From contig OX597815.1 of the NCBI GenBank assembly GCA_951406725.2, positions 147,312,001-147,376,000 on the forward strand: 64,000 bases of DNA, written 5' to 3'. The position numbers were made by a program, and so were the translations under genes. Positions 56,337 to 64,000 of this stretch are shown piece after piece. Each line of letters starts with the position of its first letter. The stretch's first letter is position 1. The notes below the pieces were generated by a model. It searched no databases and was not told the origin of the DNA. It saw only the letters and a program-made list of their open reading frames with translations. Source of the stretch: Octopus vulgaris. Taxonomy: Eukaryota.

Positions 56337-56588
56337 GAACATGTTGAATTGTTTAACTTACTAAATTATATTAACGCTACGTCTCCATTTTCTGGATTTT
56401 AATTTCAATATTTATAAACTAAGATTTATATTTAAACTTAGTATTTTAGGAATGTTACCATTCACAACAACAGAACAGGTAACAAATCAGTAATTCATTG
56501 GATATTTTCTATCCCTTAAGGTGCTTTTTAAATCTCTCTCTTTCTCTCTGTCTCTCTCTCTCTCCACGTATATATATATATATAAATA

Positions 56589-57913
56589 CATGGTGGTCAA
56601 AATGCAGTTGGACAGTAAATCATAACATTTATTCTGAGATTACTTATGCAAATATATTTACTAATACAATGATTACATAGACATTTAAGTTTCAGTGTGT
56701 ACAATAATGTAAAAGCGATTAAATTTTATCAACGCAGGTGCTCAATATGTTGTCCATCACAATTTACACAGCTTTCGAGTCTACCCCTTACGCTAGGACA
56801 AACATATTTGCACAAGTTTATCTTTGTGTATTAATTTCTTGAAATATATTTCATGTAATTTTTCAAACCATTAATAATTCCTTTTCTTCGACTATAAACT
56901 TTGTCCTTAAGTAATCCCCAAAAGAAGAAATCCATTGGGGTCACGTCAGGTGCACGTGTTGGCCAATCAATTGAACCTCTTCGGCCAATCTATTCCTCAG
57001 GAAATGTTTCATCAAGATACACACAGACTGCTCTTGAATAATGTTGAGGTGCCACATCTTATTGGAAATAAAGTTCATGTGATTTAGGCTATTGCTGGAA
57101 TCGTATAACAACTTGATTCCTTAAAATTTTGAGATACTTATCGTCTGTGGCTGCTCCATCAAAACGTATGGATACTAAAATATCAGAATCTGAAATACTA
57201 CGCTCAAACTGTGACACCAGGCTTGTTTAATTGTTGCTCTACTGCATGTTCTCACTATACTAGAAAATACAATTATATGTCTGAATAATTTGAAGGAAAC
57301 ATCATCTTTCCACACAATGTTATCTAAAATTAGTTGATTTTCTTCAATATCATTCATATCTCACTAAACTGCAGTCGCCTGTCTAGGTCATCCTGTAATA
57401 AGACATGAGTTAACCGTGGACGATAATCTTTCAACCCAATGGATATCAGGATTTGAATAATAGAGGTTCGTTAAACACTCAGTTAGAAAGAAGTTTTCCC
57501 GTTGGACATTTTTGGCATGTAAACAAATGTTTCGGCGACAAGTTCTTTATGATCCTCTGTGGAGACTGTTTTGGGTCGACCAGATTTTGGAGCATTAATA
57601 ATTGAGTCAGTCAGTGACATAATTTGTCACGAATGCGGTAAATGGTTTGTATCTTGAGTACCAAATGTTTCAACACATTCTCTCCTAATGGTTTTAGCGT
57701 TTTGATATTCCCAATACTCTTTTAACACCCAGTTTCTTTCATCAGCATTTAAATTATTTACCATTATGGTTCTCTGTATTATCTGAAAAGAAAACAGAAG
57801 AATTTAGATAAAAATTAGTTATAAAATTTAAAATAATAATACACGAATAACATTGTTATAACCAATAGACAAACCTATTCCTCCTACTTTCCACCTACTT
57901 TTGGACCACACTG
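56589..57913 (-). mobile_element. Decayed DD41D Tc1/mariner-superfamily transposon
   Basis: Imperfect ~28-bp TIRs with TA flanks. Minus strand: FQ*DVAPQHY..*IGRRGSIDWPTRAPDVTPMDFFFWGLLKDKV, with 41 residues between the second and third Asp. Confidence 0.85.
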
Positions 57914-58353
57914 TATTCATACATATACATAGGTGTATATATATATATATATATGTATATATCAATATTTATGTATATATGATTATATATATATATATGT
58001 GTACGTATATATATATATGCATATGTGTGTGAATTTGTCCTTGTCTCCCATTTGTGCTTACCAGTTCGGTCAAAGAGACAAAGAAATAATTTCCACACTT
58101 GTAGGTTGATTTGTTCGATCAACATTGCAAGTCTTTTATTAATCATGGATGCAGCCCAGTGACTGAGGAAGGATAAAGTAAGAAAGAACAAAAAAGACTA
58201 TTATTGCTGTAAATATTGGTTCCGCCCCACGTAGAAAGATATTTTGACTCCAGCATTGTTTTAATATCCAATTTCGCTATCTATACCTACACATTCATTG
58301 TATTTGGTATATTTGTCGTAAGAACAGTCTCTCTCTCTCTCTGTCTCATTCTA

Positions 58354-58397
<44 letters not shown>

Positions 58398-58721
58398 ACT
58401 CTATCTGTCTCTATTTCTCTCTCTCTCTCTCTATCTCTCTCTCTGCATATATATGTATGTGTACATGTGTATACACACACATACACACGCACAAATGAAT
58501 GAAATTAATTGAGATAATGGAGAATATTTTGCTTCATTTAATAAATGTATTAAACGACGATTTCAAATACTAACACAACAGATCCATATAGCCACATACT
58601 TATCTTAAGCAAAGTAGTCCATTTAAAATCATATACATATCTAACTATGCGGACCACTCGAGCATGCTGAGACAAATATTGGTACACATTAATACAAATA
58701 CATACACAGATACGTGTATGT

Positions 58722-58801
<80 letters not shown>

Positions 58802-59007
58802 ACACATACATATATATATATGTGTGTGTGTGCGTGTGTGTAAGATACACGTAGGTATATATTAAAAGTTAAAAGAGTGGACTGGTGATGGTTGACGTCG
58901 GCAAGAATTTATTATTTGGAGCAAGCGATCATTTCCCTTTACTCTTTCAATATACTCGCGTATTATTAGAAATTTACACGAGCGCACACACATACACTCA
59001 CAGACAC

Positions 59008-59065
<58 letters not shown>

Positions 59066-59260
59066 GCATACTCCTATACATACATATATACATATATGCA
59101 TATATAGTTTATGAGAAGTAATGGTGTCAAGAAGATCCAAAGGTGTCAGGTAATGCTGTGTAAGTGCTATGGGCAGACTATAGTTAAGCTCCAGGTTCGG
59201 TGACTATGCGAATGAGGTGTCCAACGTAGGTCATATATCAGCATGCGTATATATAAAAAA

Positions 59261-59803
59261 TTAACAGAAGGAGATAAAAATCCAAGGCTGGGAAAGATTT
59301 CAGAACATTTATAAAGAGGTCTTACAGCTTTTTCCATGATATTGTATACATCCCTTCATCGGAGACGATGAGAGAAGTTGGTTAAGCAATAGTTATTCTG
59401 GATAAGATATGAAATAGAGAGTGTCGAGGAATGAAAATTGTCATGGGATATGCAGGGATATTGTATCTACAGTTTTATTATTTAGTCAGAATGGTATACA
59501 TATAAGATTCTTTTACCTTGTGAGTAAATTCCGACCAATTTTAAATGCTATTGGAACTTACTCACAGGGTACAGGAATCTTATATGTATACCAGTCTGTC
59601 TAAATAATGGAACTGCAGATACAATATTCTTGCATATCACGCGTCTATTTTCATTCCTCCACTTCACTTTCTATTTCATATCTTAACCATTTTCTCACAC
59701 CGTCTCCGATGAAGGGATATATAAATTATATCGGAATCTGCTGTAAGACCACTTTATAAATGTTCTGAAATCCTTCACAGCCTTGGATTTTTATATCTGT
59801 TAA
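59261..59803. mobile_element. Old fold-back with degenerate HHRs in both arms
   Basis: Diverged arms ~59261-59438 and ~59647-59803. GTCT-CCGATGA-AGGGAT..-GAA..GCT GTA-AGAC at 59702-59749 (+) and 59319-59366 (-). Confidence 0.7.
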
Positions 59804-61889
59804 TATGTGAGCGTCATCCTTTTTTCTTTTTCCGTGGACCATGTCTTGACAATTAGCGCTGATATGTTTAGGTATCAATTACTTATCGGTTTGGCACAAA
59901 GGAGGCGAGATTATACGTAGGATGCTGACAACTAAATGGTATTAGATTTATTCGACGAAATCTTTCAAAGGCTTGTCTTAGTACGACCTTAGTTTAATGA
60001 CTGAAACAAGTAAAATAAAAAAAAAGATATTTTTATTAAAGCTTTGTGCCTATCATCGTGAGATCCTGGTTTCAATTCCTATTCCGGCTGATGTATTGTG
60101 TTCTTGAGCAAAGAGAAAGAAAGAGAGAGATTATTTTATAGGGTACAATTATATTTAAGGGCACAAAAGCTATGATGTCTATATGCTGAAAATAGACGCC
60201 AAATTTTGTCTAACCACTGCAGGTATTAACTCCACATATATACACAAGTTGAAAACGGGAAAATACAACGACTAATAATTCATAAAATTATTCAGATAGG
60301 TTTGGGATTGATCAATTTCTGGATTACTTTGATAACTTTTCCTTCATCAGCAAAACATACTGAGCGAAATAAAGGAAATTACGTGTACATACATACAGAA
60401 AAGCATACGCAAAATGCAAGTACATACAAATATTTACAAATATATACGCATCGAATTTCGCAGTCCACCCCAGCGCGTCTTGTTCATTCAAAGGGGTCTT
60501 GTTGTGTAAATAAAAGTTTGAGAACGTACTGGTAGCGGTAAGCAGATATAGATTGGGGAATAGACATGTATGTTAAGAGGAGAATGGTATTAGTTAAAGA
60601 CGAAAGAGAGAGGAAGAAAAAACGAAGAAAGGAGCACTAGTTGGTGGTCAAGATACTGTGAGGGGGATGGGAGAGGAGAGATATCAAGATTAAAGGTATA
60701 AGGGAGGGATAGAAGGAAGAGATAAAAATATAAAGAAGGAATATGTGTGAGAAGTGTGAGGTGAAGTGATATGTTTGAAAGGCACTAAGGTGGAGAGACA
60801 GGTAAAGAAAATGGTGTGGTGTGGAGAATATTTTGATGAACTGTAGTTCTATTGCTTTTCGGTATTTTGGATCGTCTCGTGAACATTTGTAAAAGGGAAA
60901 AATTTTGTATTTTACGTCGCAGCATTTTTGCAGATGCTTACTTATTGGAATATTGCGTAATTCCTCTTGTCGAGCCTTTTGGACATGGTAGGAAGGGGTA
61001 CCCCCTTTTCTCTCTCTCCCTCTCTCTACCTATCTATCTGTGTGACTATCTATCTATCTCTCTGTCTATCTATCGATCGATCTGTCTATGTGTCTGACTA
61101 TCAGTCTATCTATCTACCTATATTTTTATCATTCTATCTTCATTGTCATGGAACCGCAAAAAATATGTTTTCTATAAATGAACAAGCTGTTAGTACATTC
61201 ACAAAATTTAATCTGACAAGTTCGAGGAACGAACGAACGTGCCGATATTAATGAAGAAATATAATTTTTTTTTTCCAAAATCCTTACGATTTTTTTCTCA
61301 ATATTCAATTTCTGTATACCGCACCTAACATTCTATACGTGTATAACTTTGATAACTTTGATAGGTTTCGGACAGTATAGGCCCAGGCATTGCCTAACTT
61401 AATAGCACCGCCACCTGGTGAAGTCTTTTAGTCATATATGGGGCAACACATCCCACTGTAGCAAAGAGTTATTATTGTTGGAGGCATATCCGGGTGTAGG
61501 ATATGCCTCCTACAGTAGAGTAGAGAAGTATGATGGTCTAGGAATTTTTAGACCGGAATATATTTACATATAAACGTTGTGCAATTACAAGTTGATTTTT
61601 CTCCATCCGTCCTAAACTTTCATATGTTCATCAAATGAACCTTACTTTTCAAGTATAGATGACCGAATAGATAAATCCAAGAAACTGAAGATGACTATTG
61701 TAGATCAGACATATGGCATAGGGAAGAATTAAACTATTATAAAACTATTATAAAAATACGCATATAGAAACATACGTACATACATACACACATACACACA
61801 CATATATTTTCATACATACTTTCATCCGTATAAAAACATATACTTATGTGTACGTGAGTATATGTTTATTAAATATATATATATATATA

Positions 61890-62054
61890 GGCGCAGGAGT
61901 GGCTGTGTGGTAAATAGCTTGCTTACCAACCACATGGTTCCGGGTTCAGTCCCACTGCGTGGTAACTTGGGCAAGTGTCTTCTACTATAGCCTCGGGCCC
62001 ACCAAAGCCTTGTGAGTGGATTTGGTAGGCGGAAACTGAAAGAAGCCCGTCGTA

Positions 62055-62098
<44 letters not shown>

Positions 62099-62823
62099 TA
62101 AATGAAATAAAACATATGCATATATATAAACATATATGTACGTACCTACCTCTACATGTACATATACACGCATATATGGGTACAGGACACCAAAGGGACG
62201 TCGAACACAAAGAGAAACGAAAACATAGACACAAACCAAAGGAACTGGACATTTTTTTAAAAACAACAACAAATGGAGTACAGGACAATTAACACAAAGT
62301 AAAAACCCCTTCTTCAGTCGCTATGGTTTCATCTACTCTACGTTTCGAAGGATAAAAGCGAGGCGTATCTTCGACAAGAAACTTTCCTTCCTGCGAAAAG
62401 CAAATCAATAAAAATTCTGAGATCTTTTCGCAGAGGGGTAAAAAAACAGGACAGTAACGACAGTACAAAAATATAAACAGTAAAAGACAGGACAGTGAAA
62501 AACAAGATAAGAAGGGCTGTTGACGCCGAACGAAAAAAGTATTGCAAACGCAGAATTTTTTGTGAACGACAGGGGAGCAGTAAGAATGTCGTCCAGTTAC
62601 CTTGAAAGGCCAGGCCAGAAAGACAGTCAGAGCGGAAGTATCGTCGCGGGTGGACGACGGGAAGGGGGGAGGACGAGCAAGAGGAAGGGAGAGAAGAAGG
62701 GGAATGGCTGCGAGGAAACCATGAAGAATGGTGAGGGGGAGAGAGAGAGGAAGAGACAAGTTAAGTAGAGGAAAAAGAAAATCAAAGAATAGGGATGGGA
62801 CAGAAAGGTGAAGAGTGCGCGTC

Positions 62824-62865
<42 letters not shown>

Positions 62866-63075
62866 TTGTGTGTCCGTGTTTGTTCCCCTAGAATTGCTTG
62901 ACAACCGATGCTGGTGTGTTTATGACCCCGTCACTTAGCGTTTCGGCAAAAGAGACCGATAGAATAAGTACTGGACTTACAAAGAATAAGTCCCGGGGTC
63001 GAGTTGCTCGATTAAAGGTGGTGTTCCAGCATGGCCGCAGTCAAATGACTGAAACAAGTAACAGAGTAAAAGAGT
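61890..63075 (+). mobile_element. SINE family B split by a ~730-bp purine-rich insert (~62095-62824)
   Basis: Head GGCGCAGGAGTGGCTGTGTGGTAA..GGTTCAGTCCC at 61890-62053, tail at 62860-63075. Confidence 0.8.
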
Positions 63076-63088
63076 ATATATATATATA

Positions 63089-63124
<36 letters not shown>

Positions 63125-64000
63125 TGTGTGTGTATGTGTGTGCGTGTGTGTGTACAAGTATGTATATATATATATACTAATTCCTATCATTAGAGCATAA
63201 ATATCACATGTATGCATGTTTGCATGCGTTTGTGCGTATATATGTATGTATATATGTTTACATATGTGTTCTACTGCATATGGGAATCTTGAATATATAC
63301 AACTCAATGTTTTGTATGTTCTTGTTTATATCGCTCTCATATACCCAGACACTTAATTTCCTACATACAGACATGAACTATTAAATACTAACATGGAAAT
63401 ATACATATTAAATTACTTCAACCTCTGCTTCTTTATGTTCAGCTATGAGTCTATGAAAAAATATTTTCTCCATGAATGGGGGTAAATAATTTCATTATTC
63501 TGTCTTTTTCAAATGGAACGTTTGAAGAATTATCAAAGATTACTATTATAATATGTTATCAAAGAGCTTTAGAATCTGTATCTCTACAAAGTTATCTTTT
63601 CATATATTAACAATCAGCGCAAATTCGCTGATCATTTAACTTCTAATCAACAATATTGAATTTAATTCTCAGCTTTTCATGTTTTAGATGTTTGATGGAA
63701 AACTAAACAATAGAGCAAAACAAGTTTCTTTGATCAGAATATTGCCATATTCTGGTATATGTTTAATATTCTTAGTAAGCATTACGTCCTTTTTCAGACT
63801 TTAACATATCGTTTTGAGGTGCCATTTCATGGTCTAAAAGTTTCGGTGTATACTTGGTTTCCGAGTTTAAAGTTGTTAGTTTTCTTATCAAATATTTTGT
63901 CGTATTACATTCTATCATTTTATATTTCGAGTTCAAAATTTGTCTCTAGATTTCATTGTGATTCTGCAAGAATATATTCATGCATATATGCGCAAATATG

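Noticed and set aside
62300-62375. GAAAC GTA...CTGAAGA on the minus strand as a permuted hammerhead
   Set aside because: Could not form convincing stems I and II.
62289-62825. 178-aa minus-strand ORF
   Set aside because: Low-complexity pyrimidine-rich translation within a repeat insert, with no recognisable domain.

Overview
AT-rich, microsatellite-saturated animal intergenic or intronic DNA. The tRNA-derived SINE families and the (TA)n/(CA)n load suggest an octopod cephalopod, but that is inference. I can support no intact host gene, and nearly all listed ORFs are microsatellite translations. The one intact coding unit is a young Penelope-like retroelement (PLE, Neptune-like) at 6423-11648. 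It has near-identical ~955-bp pseudo-LTRs, an extra 430-aa ORF1, and an RT + GIY-YIG ORF2 whose conserved N-terminus has no ATG and overlaps ORF1 in the -1 frame across a U_UUU_UUU heptamer. It also carries a minimal hammerhead ribozyme (HHR) in each pLTR and a built-in (AT)7 run exactly at its 3' boundary, and it is inserted in a (TA)n tract. The window additionally holds at least 12 recognisable HHR motifs from about 9 unrelated families. Several sit near the outer ends of large non-coding fold-back (inverted-repeat) inserts in (TA)n tracts, pointing to a PLE-driven, TA-targeting ecosystem of ribozyme-bearing fold-back elements. Also present: decayed mariner and DD41D transposons, MITEs, a probable non-autonomous Helitron, R4/Dong-like and L1/Tx1-like LINE fragments, five recurrent SINE families, and a probable decayed multi-C-type-lectin pseudogene.
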